Below, piece after piece: positions 23,870 through 36,909 of a DNA stretch of 47,214 bases. The notes below the pieces were generated by a model, which did no database searches, had not been told where the DNA came from, and saw only the letters and a program-made list of their open reading frames with translations. The translations under genes were made by a program, and so were the position numbers. This stretch comes from Catajapyx aquilonaris (taxonomy: Eukaryota): assembly GCA_000934665.2 (NCBI GenBank), contig KZ538795.1, positions 1 to 47,214 of the forward strand, written 5' to 3'. Numbering within the stretch: the stretch's first letter is position 1; the number at the start of each line of letters is the position of its first letter.

Positions 23870-24634
23870 CGTGTAATAACTGACTGTGAGATGCGCAGAC
23901 TAAACGCGGTTTCAATCGCGTGCAATTTATTCTTCGCATCGTTTGCAGTCGTCTCGTTTGCTTTTGCGTCACTATCCCGCCTCCATCTTGATTGGAATGA
24001 ATCGGCGGGAAGGAGGCGGGGAACATCTATTTTTTTCTGACGAGTTGCAACATTCGAGTCGCTCAGTTCCGCTGGAAATTTCCATCCATGCACATCACCT
24101 TGGCACTGATTGTCTGCTTGTTTGTTTTCCATCGGACACGCAGATGCTTTCGGGTCATTTCCTGACGCGCCTGCTTCGTTTTGTTTCATTGAAACAGTTC
24201 AAGTGCACGTGGCGTTGCCTATATATACAATCATGTTCTCTCCTTTTTACTTCCGATAATCCCGCTGCCAGCATGTGCCACTTTTGACAAAGGGTTTTTT
24301 CGAGAAGGAGCCAGAAAATGTCATACGAAGCCTGAGTACAGTACATAAACATTTTATTGAGTACATCAGCAAGAGTAGTCCCAGCTACAAATAATGTCAT
24401 TTGAAGAAGTTGAGTCAATAATTAGGAAACTGCATTGTAAACAATATTACGACACCCCATGTTAGGGTGAAACCTACACAAACTGTTCCCCTCTAAAGTG
24501 TAGGCGTTACGTGCACGTAACAGTTACAACAGTTACATTGTAGGCCTATAACTGTAAAGAAGTCTGAACCCAGCAGAAAACGTACAGTCCTCCTCCTCTA
24601 TTGCTGTGAAATTTGCTTCGTTTATTATTTCCTT

Positions 24635-25636
24635 CTACTCCTTGACCAGCACCTCGTATTCATCATACCGGTGCTCTTCACCTGCGTAGGGGATGTAGCA
24701 TGTCTTGTGACTCGGATGCAGCTGTGAGAAACATGGATTAATTATTATCAATTGGATCTGAGACTCATTGTTTTGAGGCCAACAGTTGAATCTTCCGACC
24801 TTATACCGCATTGTATCACACACATAGTGGAAAGTGTCTGGACACTGATGGACTGACCTTTCCGCAGACCAGGTTCCCGTCGTGTTCAGCCCTGGCCACG
24901 AAGAGCCTCTCCCCGTCGCGGGTACGGCCTCCCTCGACGGCCCCCGACGGAATGTGCCCGTGACATGCCGACACCCACTCGTAACTACTGCTGCCAGTTA
25001 CCAGCACCTACAGCACAGGTGATGGATTAATCACTATGATCCATAACATTAAAGCCCCTACCCTATATAAGGATGTGTATAGGACCATAGAGAAGATCGG
25101 GCACTTCCAGACGTCGTATCGGGTCAGGAGTTGGCTCGTTGGAAAGCTCTCGTCAACAATTGGTCAGGGAAAAATCACGAGAATTGCGAATTTCCCCGCC
25201 GTTTTCGAGCTATGGCCAAATTTAAGATTTTGCACCTTATTTGCCCGGATCCTCCGCCAGACGAGCGCTCCCATCGCCTGAGCCCCCCACTCCCCCTACT
25301 CAATCAACGCGCGGGGATGCCAATTAAGAGGTAAATGAGCTCATCGCGTGCACAGTCATGTCATGTACACAGTACCATCCCTCTTCTCACCTCGTAGGAA
25401 TATTTCTTGTGTTCTCCTCCTCCCCACGAGACGTAGCAGGTGCCGTGGCACGGGTGGACCTTCCCCGGCACGAGGTCCCCCTCGTGGTATGCCCTCCCCA
25501 CGTAGTACTGGTCATCATCTCCGCCGTCCTCTCCTCCGATCACCGCGTCCTCAGGGACGTCTCCTCCTGCTGAAGGGACCCACTCGTCACCATGGTGGTG
25601 ATGGTGGTGGTGGTGATGGTGATGGCGATGGCTCAT
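24635..25636 (-). CDS. DM9-repeat (DUF3421/natterin-like) protein with N-terminal poly-His; exons 25636-25391, 25007-24858, 24721-24635 (160 aa)
   Basis: Two repeats of W...G.(V/I)P..AV.GG....(Y/F)V.RA.H.G.LV.GK.HP.H.TCY...G.EH....YEVLV, with phase-0 GT-AG introns. Confidence 0.9.
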
Positions 25637-27622
25637 TGCTGGTATTAACACAGTGACTGCTCGCGGTGTTCTTGCTCCTTTGCTGTTAGGACGGACGGTG
25701 AAGTACGACAATGCGGGACAATACGTGTATATACATGTCACTGTAACAAAAGCATTAAATGACTGTGGCCTGCTGTGGCCTATCTACTCACCTGGCCCCT
25801 CTAATTTCTAAAATATTGACCTGTCGTGTCGGGTGCTCCTTGACCAAATGATGGGGGTCCACTCACGGGGATCGGCTTTTTATTTCCTTGTATCAGGAAA
25901 ACTGTAGGCTATAGTTGCCTTATCATAAATCGAGTTATCTCATTTGCCTGAAGCAATCCACATGTGTACCNCCCCGCAAATGAAAAGCAAAAAAATACAA
26001 CACGTTCCCGGAAATAATCAGGAGGAAAATGCACCCGAGACAAGATCAGTTCTTGGAATGATACAGGCAGGATGATTGACTATTATTGACATCAAGACGG
26101 GCAAGGACCTCATGTTTACACACTGCTGTACTGTACGTGTGTGCATGGTGAATTATACGCAATGTAACACTGGCAGTTCTTCAGATCTTACAGTGTCGTG
26201 TTGCCTATTGCATCATTATGGCCGTCTTGATGTAAATATTAGTCCGATGATAATAATTATGTATACTCTGCCTATCATTCCAAGAACTGAAGGGCTTGCC
26301 TATAAGGTCATCAGTTTTCCTCCTGATTACAATAAGTGAAGCCTCTTTGTTTTTTTGGTCAATTTTGGGGGGTCAAAACAACACAGTCGTGTCAAAAATG
26401 ATCGAATATGAGTTATGATGACTGCGTCGAAGTAGTTTATAAAAATCTAATCTAGAAAAAAAATATTAGCAGATATGTCAGTCTTTCCGAGACGAATATT
26501 TATACTGTACGTAGAACAACAGCTGCTCTAAAATGATGTTATGTCTACCATTATAAGGGAGTAGCCAGGGAGGGTTACAATGAGGTTTCTTCAATGCTGT
26601 TTCATTATTAGTCACTGTCACCATCCTGGTGACTGTCAAACTCACTCGTCAGTCACGGATGCCACTGACGGACCATGAACTCATAAGAGCAGTGGGTGGG
26701 AAGATGTGTGTAGGAGTCAATGAGTTCATTCTCTGATAATGACATTGAAATCGTGAATTTTTATGGAGCATAACGAAAAGTGGAACATTTTGCATTATTC
26801 TTCCACCTTTTACATAAGAACAGCATAACAACGGCATAGTTACTTTGTAAATATCTCCTCCGATTCCTTTGCAGGATGGTGCGGCCATCACACTATGTAG
26901 ATACACATTGCTTCACTTACCATGTGCTTGATACAATCTCTTACACCAACTAGGTGGTGCACCACCCAAGTCCAACTTGCCCAGCTTTGGAGCACACCTT
27001 TATTGAGAGCTGTCTCACGACTGCGGGACATTTTTTTGGTGTAATAAGAGGAGCAAACTGCATCTCAAAGGACATGTTTAATGCTTGCCATTAATTCCAT
27101 GGAAATCCACCCTTCCCGCCCTAAAAAAAAACATAAGTTAAAAAAAAGGGGGGAAAGGTGGAGAGAAATACACATCTTATGTAACCCCGACTAGAACCCA
27201 AAAGCACAGCTTCGGGCGAAGAAAACAATGAACAAAGGGAGTCACCCAAAACTGGCCAACCAATCGGATTAAGCATCTCTCTCTCTCGACACGCGGACTT
27301 GCACAAACCAGGGATGGCTCAATATTGGTAATAATACATAATAAGAGGATTAGTGTTAATCATACTGTAATTAAATCACTCCTGCGACAAAGCACCTAAC
27401 TCGCTACTTTCGAACCGAAAGGGCAGCAGTTAAGCTGGGCAATCAAACATCCATGCATAATAGTTGTATGTGTGTATATACTTTTTTCCATGATAATAAT
27501 TCCGCCCTTCCCTATTTTAAAAAGACAAAAAAAAAAAAAAATTGCATGTAAACCACCACCACCACTGGTACAAAAAAAGGTAGTCCCCCTCCCACATTTC
27601 GATGTATCTCCCAGTGTGGCGA

Positions 27623-29152
27623 TCAGCCAATGTTGGCTGAAATCTCGGTTTTGATCCCGTTTGGAGTTATGAAGGTCTTGAACTGTTCCGGGATCGGGTA
27701 CTCCACCTGAAAATATTATTATTAATTATTACGTTCAGCAGTGACGGCCTGACAAAGCAAACACTCACGAAATCTTCTCCTCTGGGCACGACGACGTTCA
27801 TCTCCGAGGACTTTGCAGTGACGATCTCCGTGGCGAGTGATTGAGCGCTGAGGTAGATCTGCACGCCGTCAGTGTTCCCGACCGACACGGTGGGTACGGA
27901 GCCCATGACCTGCATCTGGACGCCCTGACAATTCACAAACTCCACGGAGGAAACGAGGGAGTCGAAGACCACGCTGCACTTGCGGCAGGAGTCCATCACT
28001 ATGGAGTTGAGCTTTCCCTTGACCCGCAGGTGGGTGTCCCTGCACTGGTACATGTACACCACCTGCTGCATCTGCACGTTATCGCTTATCTCCAGCTGGC
28101 CAGCCCCTATGTGGTGCTCCTGCAACGAGAAGACAATAAGCGCTCCTGGAATCTTCCACAGTGAGCCCCACGGTCACTCACCACAAGCCACTTCTTGCCA
28201 TCCAGCTTGAAGACAGGCGTCTTTCCAGCCGGTCCTGCTGCAGATGCGACGTACGGCTTGGGCCCCTCTCCGCCTGGAGTCGTGTACGGTGCTGGACCGG
28301 AGCGAAGGTTCGGGTTCTTGTGAGTCTGCATGTCTGCCGTAACCTTACGCAGGCCTGAAATTCGGTGCAATCAGTTGTAAAGAACCTTGCTCACCAAAGC
28401 ACGTACCTTGAGTGACTGCCTCCCCGCGATTGATCTCGGCGAATAGAGCAGAGTGGTCTGTCTGTCCTCCGTCTGAGAGGGTAAGTGCGTCCAGGTCAAG
28501 AGGTGGAGGTGGTGGCGGAGGGGGAGGAGGAGGCCCGCCCACTCCGACCCCTGGGACACCGCCGCCTCCAGCCACTTCCGGCCCCTTTGGATTCCAGACC
28601 AGTCCCGTGGTGTGGTGCTGCTTGACGTAAGCCTGCAGCAGCACCAGCGTCTGGCTCCAGGCCTTCACCCACTCCACGTGGCTCGCATCCTTGTCCTTCC
28701 AATCCTAACAATAGACGCCATGTTTTACAACCGATTGCTATGGCATCATCAGCTGGATGTACCTTCAGGACTCGGTTTCCATAGAACTGCCCGGCGTCGT
28801 TCATTTCCTTGATGAACGGTGCGGGCGCTGGAGCAACGGCCACCCAACCCAGTGCGGGGATTGACTCGGAGACGGCCGAGAGATGGTTGAAGAAGGGCGA
28901 CGGACGCCTCTGCTCCCTGAAGTTCTGAACTGCGACAATGGCTTCGGAGGTTGGGCTGAGCAGGGACTCCAGCTGCTGGTTGTTGGAGGGCTGGCGGCAC
29001 CTGGCTGCCACCCCCAGGAAGGTCTGCTGGGCGGAGAAGGCCGCCTGGGCCTGCTTGGCCATCTCCCACACCTCCCCGCCAATCTTGCGGGACAGGGACA
29101 TGAAGTTGGTCAGCCCATCCCCAATCACGTCACGCTCGTACGCCTCAAACAT
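27623..29152 (-). CDS. CAP1: Adenylyl cyclase-associated protein (CAP/capulet); exons 29152-28763, 28704-28407, 28354-28182, 28119-27769, 27706-27623
   Basis: FFNHLSAVSESIPALGWV, YVKQHHTTGLVWN, poly-Pro, SALFAEINRG, GLRKVTADMQTHKNP, C-terminal CARP with SSEMNV and EYPIPEQFKT. Confidence 0.95.
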
Positions 29153-30180
29153 CGTCGACGGCTACAGCCTAGAAAGCCCAAAGAAAGAGTCAATATTACT
29201 TTCTCCGACCCACTGCCCTCCCAACTGCTGACCCACAAGGCAGGTATGCGGATGGCATTATTTTCAGAACAGTGCAAAGGCCAAAATCTGTCAGTTGGCT
29301 GTGGCCCAATCATCCCACGCCTTTTGGCACCGGCCTCGTATTTAAAATCCCCCATTTGCTTACACGGGGCGCGGGCCAAGCCCCCCCTCAACTCTGGGGG
29401 GTGAAGTGTTACGGGAAATGTCAAACCCAACCTGCTTTTCAAGGCTGGGCCAAGAAGAGGAAGCCGCAATCTAATCGGACTTCCACTGCAGAGGGTTAAC
29501 TCCGGCAGGAATCTCCCCTGCCTTATTATATCAATGTTTATCAAGGCAAAAAGAGAGATACGAGGCAATGCCTTTTATGGTCAATTTTATGCCCTGGCAG
29601 CGTTGCATCCAGAATGTGTCACCTTGCACCGCCGTAATTAGGTTGTACTTATGTACGGGCAGGTCTGAAGCCCGGGTCGTGTGTTGTTGTGTGCAGTGGC
29701 AATCAAGGTGTCACCAACAACAATTGACAGGGCGACACATCCTGGTTGTGTAACGATCCGAAAGTACCGGTGAGTCAGTCAACGTGACCGTGACACCCGG
29801 CTGGCCCAACCCTCCCTCCCTCCCGAGGGAGGGTGTGAGGGGGGTCAATTACCTGTGCCTTGTCTCCCCCGGATACGTCTGGTGTGATCAGTCCGGACGC
29901 CCGACCAATTAATCCGGATGAAATACGGGTCCAGAGGAGGAGGAGGAGACCGGTCTTGTAGAAGAGATCCTCTCTCTGAAGGAGGGTGGGTACACTGGGG
30001 ACTGGGGAGGGAGGGTCAGGGGTGGGTACACTGGGGGGAGCGCAGAAGGGGGCAGCCAATCAGATGACGATCTGGGGGGGCCGATTGGAACGCAGCTGCT
30101 GCCCAACTAGCTGCGACCGCTCACTCGCAGTTTAGGAACTCGACTGCCTGTTCGCATAGGAGCTTTTTTTAAAAAAACAT

Positions 30181-30481
30181 ATTAATTAATTAATTAAATA
30201 CCCCATGATAGGGCGGAGCCATCTTAGGGGGGAAGAGGAGGTTCCCAAGGGAGGGCGCTGTAATTTTTAGTCATTTCTGACTTCAATGTGAAATACGCCA
30301 GGCCCGACCAGGCCTTTTCCCCTGGCCCTGGGCAGAGTAGGGAGAACAATTCTGCCCCTGCATGTCAAGCGGAAAAAGACACGGCCAAGCAGAGGTGACG
30401 AGGACGGGATTTGAACCCCGGCCTCCCGCGCTTGGCTGATGGCCAGTGGGGTGACCACTAGACAACCACATATGCCTCCCC
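30181..30481 (-). mobile_element. tRNA-derived SINE with (TTAA)n tail
   Basis: Minus strand A box TTGTCTAGTGG and B box GGTTCAAATCCC, ~200-bp body, ending in atttaattaattaattaat. Confidence 0.65.
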
Positions 30482-30648
30482 TCCATCGGAGCTTATTATT
30501 CTTCTGTTGGCTTCGGTCGGTTCAAAGAGCATGAATAGCTATAAAGAGTGGAGAAAAACGGCTGGTAGCATAGAAACCGTGTCTCCAATCAACTCACCTG
30601 TCATCTGGAGCCGTATTATATACTCATCCAGGTCACTCGCAATCGACA

Positions 30649-30764
30649 NNNNNNNNNNNNNNNNNNNNNNNNNNNNNNNNNNNNNNNNNNNNNNNNNNNN
30701 NNNNNNNNNNNNNNNNNNNNNNNNNNNNNNNNNNNNNNNNNNNNNNNNNNNNNNNNNNNNNNNN
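30649..30764. other. Assembly gap
   Basis: Run of N next to poly-C. Confidence 1.
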
Positions 30765-31325
30765 CCCCCCCCCCCCCCCCCCCTCTCCCCATTCCTGCCT
30801 GCCGGCCGGTGAATGGGGGAGGAGTGGTTCCGGCCGCCGCCGCACTGGGGCGTTCATGCTGCCATATCCATCGCAAAATTTCATGCCAAAATTCGCGGAT
30901 TTTCGGCGATGTAACAGCGCGCGCGTACCACAAAATTCCACCGTGTAAAATCCGCTCGGCACCTTCTTGCCTCGCAAGCAGTCTTGGAAGGACGCTTAGA
31001 GGGTGCGGCTGATTCGGACACGGCCGTGGTTCTCGTTGTCCCGCAAAAATTGGCTTTGAAGTTGATTGTTTAAGACGATATAACGATGCTTGCTTGTCCA
31101 ATTGAACGCGGTTAGCTGCACGGGTCAAATTGTCCTCTTGAGTTGTCGTCTTGAAGCGAAGGTCACATATGGGGGCTCGTTCGAATAGGCGTATAGTGGG
31201 CCGCGACCGAATTCACGCGTCTCTATCAAGGGTCGGTCGAAGCGTCGAACGGTCGAAGAGGAACACGAGGAAAACTGACGAGGTTTTAACGACGGGCGCC
31301 GTGTTCTTCCAGTACCGGTATACCG

Positions 31326-32146
31326 ATGCCGTACGGCGGAAGATCCCGCAGGATGATAGCCCTCTACATGCTCTGGCTCATTGAGGTATAAACCCCCGCA
31401 ACAATGAGCTCATAATACTTGGTTGCAGTAACATTTCCATTCGAATGTAGCGTGAGACTAACACTCCGGTCCAATCTACTAGAACAACGCGGCCAAAATT
31501 GCCAGAATTCATGTAGTTTAGGTAGATCTGGCCATCAGGCTTGCTAATTGTTGCTCATGAGCACCGCAGCAGTTCCGATTAACATTTTCGTAATGTGCCA
31601 GTATTCACGGCTGGTAACCTAACAGCCATCAGCATGTTTTTAACTGCGGGAATAATAATTGTGCCGTTACAGAGTGGCTTCTTCGATTCAGACAGCGAGT
31701 CGGACTGGACCGAGAGCGACGATGGGACTGACGAGGCAGCGTCGTCGAGCGATGAGGAGCCGCAGGAAGAGGGGGAGTCGGCAGGAACATCGGAGACACC
31801 GAACGGTAATGTGGAGTCGGCAGTGGTGATAAAGCAGGAGGAGATTGTGGTGCATGAGGGGAACATTAAGGAGCTGCTGGAGGAAGAAGAGGAAGCGGCG
31901 GCCACAATAGAAGTCAGGGTGAAGCAGGAGCCTGAGGAGTATGGCGAGGAGGAGCCGATGGTGGCAGACCCAGCGTCAGTTGCGGATCCAGTGAATGACC
32001 CACTGGCATCCGGATCCTCCCAGAGGAAGAGTCCGCTGAAGGCGGGCCTCCAGTGCCAGGTATGCAGCAAGACATGCCCGACCAGGGTGGCCCTCAGGGT
32101 GCACCTGGCCACCCACACGTACGCCAACAAGAAGGTGGCGCGATGA
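31326..32146 (+). CDS. Small acidic protein with one C-terminal C2H2 finger; exons 31326-31385, 31673-32146 (~177 aa)
   Basis: MPYGGRSRRMIALYMLWLIE|SGFFDSDSESD... spliced in phase 0. Contains IKQE/VKQE motifs and CQVCSKTCPTRVALRVHLATH, with GC3-rich codons. First exon is less certain. Confidence 0.65.
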
Positions 32147-32636
32147 CCCACAAGGAACCAGTATTTATGAACAACCCCCTGCCCCCCCCTGATTTGTGTT
32201 CACGTTATTGCGACGAGTACGTCTCGTGCATGCACTGATAACAACATAACCAGCAGCTGGCTGTAATGCAATTTGAATACAGTTTCGTTTGTACTTTGAG
32301 ATGTTTTGGGTGATTTGGCAGCTGTGTGTGGGAGAGCTGGCAGCACTGGGAGATACTGCCCAGCGTTGCCTGCTCACAGGTGACCACACAGAACTGGGTG
32401 TGGAAGACAAGACAGTGCATCATTCTGGCTGCAGGAATACTTGCAAGTCACTAGGTCGAAGGTCACACAGTACAGAGTAATGTCGGTGTGGCATTCTTGA
32501 AGTGTCTTATCTCGGTTTGTTGGGTTGGCAGAAGGGGGGGAGTCGTGATAAGGGGAGTCCTTGCGGCGACCTAGATCAAAGTTCGGTTGGGGGATGCTGC
32601 GGTCAGTCAGCGGCTGGCAGCTGCAGGTGTTGTAAC

Positions 32637-33780
32637 ATGACAGCAAGCGTGGTCAAGCGGGTGGCGGTCATCGGGGGAGGGCTGATGGGCAGCGGGATTG
32701 CCCAGGTGGCGGCCCAGACCGGACACCGGGTGACCCTAGTGGACAGCAAGCAGCAGGCACTGGACAGCGCCATCATCTCCATCAGGAACAGCCTCAGTCG
32801 AATAGCACGCAAGAAGTTCCCGGTCAGTTTGTCTGGCTGGAAAGGTTGGACAATGTGATTGTTCCTATCTTAAAAATGTAGGGCGATCCAGATGGAGCGA
32901 GCGAATTTGAGGAGCATGCCCTGTCCCACCTGTCCACGACTACGGACTCTGAGGAGGCAGTGCCCTGGTCGGAGGTGGACGTGCTGGTGGAAGCTCTTCC
33001 AGAGGACCCAGACCTGAAGACGCGTGTCCTCCAGCGTCTGGATGCATGCGCACCGCACCAGGTGGTGTTTGCCACCAACACGTCCTCGCTCCGAGTGCAG
33101 GAGCTGGCCAGGGCAACCAGCCGGGCGGACAGGTTTGGAGGCCTCCACTTCTTCAGCCCAGTTGCCCTCATGCAGCTGGTTGAGGTCATCAGGGCACCGC
33201 ACACTTCAGACAAAACATTCGAGACGCTCATGGCCTTCTCCAAAGCCATTGGTCTGTCGGGATATGCAGTTTAGCCCGGTAGAGTACTAACCGGCCATTT
33301 TCAGGCAAGACTCCAGTGACATGCAAGGACGAAGCGGGCTTTATTGTGAACCGCCTTCTGGTTCCGTACAAGCTGGAGGCCTTCCGCATGTACGAGCGTG
33401 GGGACGCATCCTTCCAGGACATTGATGTCGCCATGAAGCTGGGTGCTGGGTATCCAATGGGCCCGTTTGAGCTGTCCGACCTCACTGGGCTCGACATTGG
33501 CAAGAACATCACGGACGGTACCATGACTTTCCACCTTCCTATTATGGTGGCACTCTTGTGTAAATACAATTGGGTCCAACTGATAGGGCTTAGATAATGT
33601 GGCAGCTAATCAGCGTGTACGCTGCTTATCTGTGAACCCAATTCTCTTTCAGGCTGGGCCAAGCGTTACCCGGATGACCCCCGGTTCAGTCCAGTGCCCA
33701 TGGTGGACAGGATGGTCAAGGAGGGTAAGCTGGGCAGGAAGACCGGGGAAGGATTCTACGTGTACAGGAACAAGACTTAA
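32637..33780 (+). CDS. HADH: 3-hydroxyacyl-CoA dehydrogenase; exons 32637-32822, 32882-33251, 33305-33517, 33653-33780
   Basis: [14 protein letters not shown]ossmann motif, [46 protein letters not shown]. Confidence 0.93.
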
Positions 33781-34083
33781 AAAGACCAGATATTATCGCC
33801 TTTTGCCATTTTTCTCACATGATTTGTTTAATTGGCAGCCTGGACACTCCCAGCTGTAATTAAATCCATTTTATTACCAATATAAACTGCTGCAGTTTCA
33901 TTTCTGGCTCGATGCTCCCTGGCGTTGTCATGTGCACATTAAAACAGCACATGTTTGGCCTTAAATTTTTATTGATGGTTTACAACCCACCCTTCACTTA
34001 TTTATGTGTACCCCACAACATTCTGACCAACATTCTGACCCCCCAACCCCCCCCCAATGGAACATTGAAAATTTGAGCAGGCT

Positions 34084-34491
34084 TTACGCTGCCTGCTCCT
34101 GAGGGTTCTGCTCCTGAGGCTTCATGACGTCCGGCAGCTCTGGAGGGACAGAGAGAGGTGTGATTTCCAGGGACTCGAAGTCCCCGTGGTCGTTCCGGAT
34201 GGCCAGTCCAACGGTGGCTGGGGACTGTGCCCTGGCGGTGGAGGCGGTCAGGTTGTAGTCGGCCAGGGTCTTGTCGTCCTCCATCAGCACCTCCTCCCGC
34301 CACAGCTGCTGGTTCTGTGGGGCCACCTTCAGGATGCCCTCCACTATCTTCTTCAGCTCACCCACGAGGGTCGTCTCCTTCGCATCGGTGAAGATCGTAG
34401 TCTTCTTGCGACGCACCATCAGAAACACGTCCTGCGGAGGGGGAAACAAGTCGGTTAACAAACTCAGCCCAACCGGAGCCTGACTCACCAT
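34084..34491 (-). CDS. ELOB: Elongin B; ATG at 34491-34489, intron, exon 34431-34084 (116 aa)
   Basis: [20 protein letters not shown]...[11 protein letters not shown]...[12 protein letters not shown]. Confidence 0.95.
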   Translation of the reverse strand: MVSQAPVGLSLLTDLFPPPQDVFLMVRRKKTTIFTDAKETTLVGELKKIVEGILKVAPQNQQLWREEVLMEDDKTLADYNLTASTARAQSPATVGLAIRNDHGDFESLEITPLSVPPELPDVMKPQEQNPQEQAA

Positions 34492-34899
34492 GTCTGCGGA
34501 ACAAGTTGTGTGGAACAAACTGGGGCCGGGGCTGTTCTGCCTGCAACAATACCCGCAGTTATAGTGATGGCCCGTGGGTGTGCGGGTGGGTAACGAGACT
34601 TACGTACGCGCAATTGGACCTGTGTGCTGACTGTGCGGAAAAAAATAGAAGCGTTCTTAGGAGGACAACAAACCCAACAAATTGTGGTGGTGTCCGTCGC
34701 CCTGGGTGACAGAAAGGAGGGGGGGTGGACGGCAGGGTAGCCAACCGCGGGTTTTGGAGGCCCTCCTGGCAACAGTGGGATTTTAAAAAAAAAGCCAATT
34801 GCGACAATGAGGGACTTGCGCTGCAAGAAAGGGGGACGACTGCAGGGTGGGAAGGTGGCCACACACGAATAGGTATCCACTATTCCACTCGCTGCGAGT

Positions 34900-35280
34900 A
34901 GTTCCATAAGACCGGATAATTCAGCGCGGAATTTTACGCCTAATGTAATCAGTAAAGCAATTTGTGCAAGGCGATGTTGCCAAGTGTATGCCTACAACCG
35001 GACGCCATCTTTGATCATGGCATTCCCCCAACATGCGGCTGTAGATTCTGCACTAAATTATTGCCAATAGTATTGCACAATTAAATGTTTGGTTCCCTAA
35101 AACGTGCGTTAAATTCATAATGAGACGCAATTGGAGGAATGGCCAATTAAAATTCCGGGTGCCCACCACGTGATTTAATTATCCAAGATGGCAGCTTCCA
35201 GTCGAGCACTTTCTCTCAAATTGGCATAAAAATGTGGCTTTCTACCGCTTTTTTAGGGGGAATAGGGGCTTCCGGGTGAT
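34900..35280. promoter_or_regulatory. Probable bidirectional promoter region between ELOB and TMEM241
   Basis: Head-to-head genes with start codons ~790 bp apart. AAGATGGC (YY1-like) motifs face each gene at ~35005 and ~35185. Position is inferred. Confidence 0.4.
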
Positions 35281-35282
35281 GA

Positions 35283-36446
35283 ATGGCGGTCGACGGGGCT
35301 GAGATGGGCGGGGAAGAGAAGAAGGCGGTGTCGGCCCAGGGGTCGCCCCGGGGCGGACAGGTGGCGGCACCCAGGGCGGCCCACACCACAGGAGAAGCAG
35401 CCACGTACGCCTCTCTCTTCGTGTCGTCACTCTTTGTCAACAAGGTGGTGCTCGCACCCGGCAATTAATTATGGCCAATTCAATTATTACGATATGTTTC
35501 TCTTTATGAACAGTACGTATTGTCTGGACTTGGCTTCACGTATCCGACGGTGTTCCAAGGTTGGCAAATGCTTGTTGGGGCAGCGGTGTTCAAGTCGCTG
35601 ACCTTCAAGTGCTGCGCGTCTCGCGACCTGGGTCTGCCCCTGGTGGTGCCCACCATCGGCTGGAGGTCCTTCCTGGCTCACTCCCTGATGAGGGGGATCC
35701 TCTTCGCCTGCGCAGCGGTTGCAGGGTCCAAGGCGCTCTCGGGGGTGCCTGTCAGCTGCGTGGTTGCCGCCTCAAACTCCGTCCGAGCCGCACTGTACAT
35801 CCTGGAAAGGTGGGGCAGGTGGACCCCTGGGCCGGCACTGGCAGCCATCGCCACGCTCGCTACATGCGCATACGCCCTGACCATGGACGGGCTTCCCATG
35901 GGCGAACGGCCACTCTTCTGGCTCCTCACATTTGCAGTGCTGCACTCCGCCGACCTGCTCTACACCCAGCATGTCCTCTGCCCCTGGGCTGGACCCGGGC
36001 CGTTAGTGCACCTGTACTATGCGTACATCACCAGCGTGGTGCTGCTGGCTCCCTGCAGCCTGTACCTAGAGGAGGCTTTCCTGGCTCTCAGCTTCAAGGC
36101 AGAGAGACAGATGGTCTTCTATGCCATGTGCACCCTTAGTGGAGCCCTAGGGGCGGCCCTGGGGCTCTGGGAATGCGGGGGGATCAGTCTCTGGCAGGAG
36201 CAGGGCTGGCTGGACCCCAGGTGGACCCAGTTCGGGGCCAGGTTTGCTGCCTGGAGCCTCTCGGTTGGAATCGGGTATTGGTATCAGGGGCGGCCCGTGG
36301 GCGGGTTCACCACGTCCCTGCCCCTGGTGGCCAACCTGCTGCTAGGAGCCAACGTGATAGCCAGCTTTTGGGTCCCTTCTTATCCACCCCCAGTACTGGA
36401 TGTAGCCAAGCCACGGCTTCCATCCGCTGCACCATTTGTCACATGA
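35283..36446 (+). CDS. TMEM241: TMEM241/SLC35D4-like nucleotide-sugar transporter family membrane protein; exons 35283-35444, 35514-36446
   Basis: FVNK|YVLSGLGFTYPTVFQGWQ, AGSKALS and multiple hydrophobic segments. Confidence 0.85.
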
Positions 36447-36909
36447 ACACGCAGGTGCTGTTTACACAACAGAGAGGGTGACGCACATAAATGGACTAGT
36501 AATACTATAGATCTGCAGATGAGGTCATGCAAATTGTATGAGCACAATGTCTCATCTGTTTTATTTTTCTACTTTGTGACAGGTCCGTAGACCTGTGGTG
36601 CTAAGCGTTATATCACAAGTTTTCCATTACATTGTACCAAATGTATTCTTTGGTGTTCTTTGGGAGGGGGCACAGTTCTGGATTTCACAATATGCACAAG
36701 TGTGTCAAGTGATCAACCATTAGGCTGACATGTCTTGTCACCGCTGTTTTTATTCCAGATTCACAAATAAATATGTGCCAAATGACATGCTTGTAGTACA
36801 TTTGATACGACCTGGAAACTGTCTAGAAATAATGAAGGGAACAAAAGTAAACTCTCCTGTGGAAAATCCCAAACGTACTGTAACACTCCAGGAATGTTGA
36901 AGTCTCCGG

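Noticed and set aside
29615..30130. Possible solo LTR (TGTAACG start at ~29749) and small TG...CA inverted pair at 29615-29739
   Set aside because: No matching second end, TSD or PBS/PPT could be established.
32150..32240. Possible intronic C/D snoRNA (CTGA at ~32235)
   Set aside because: No proper box C (RTGATGA) or terminal stem.
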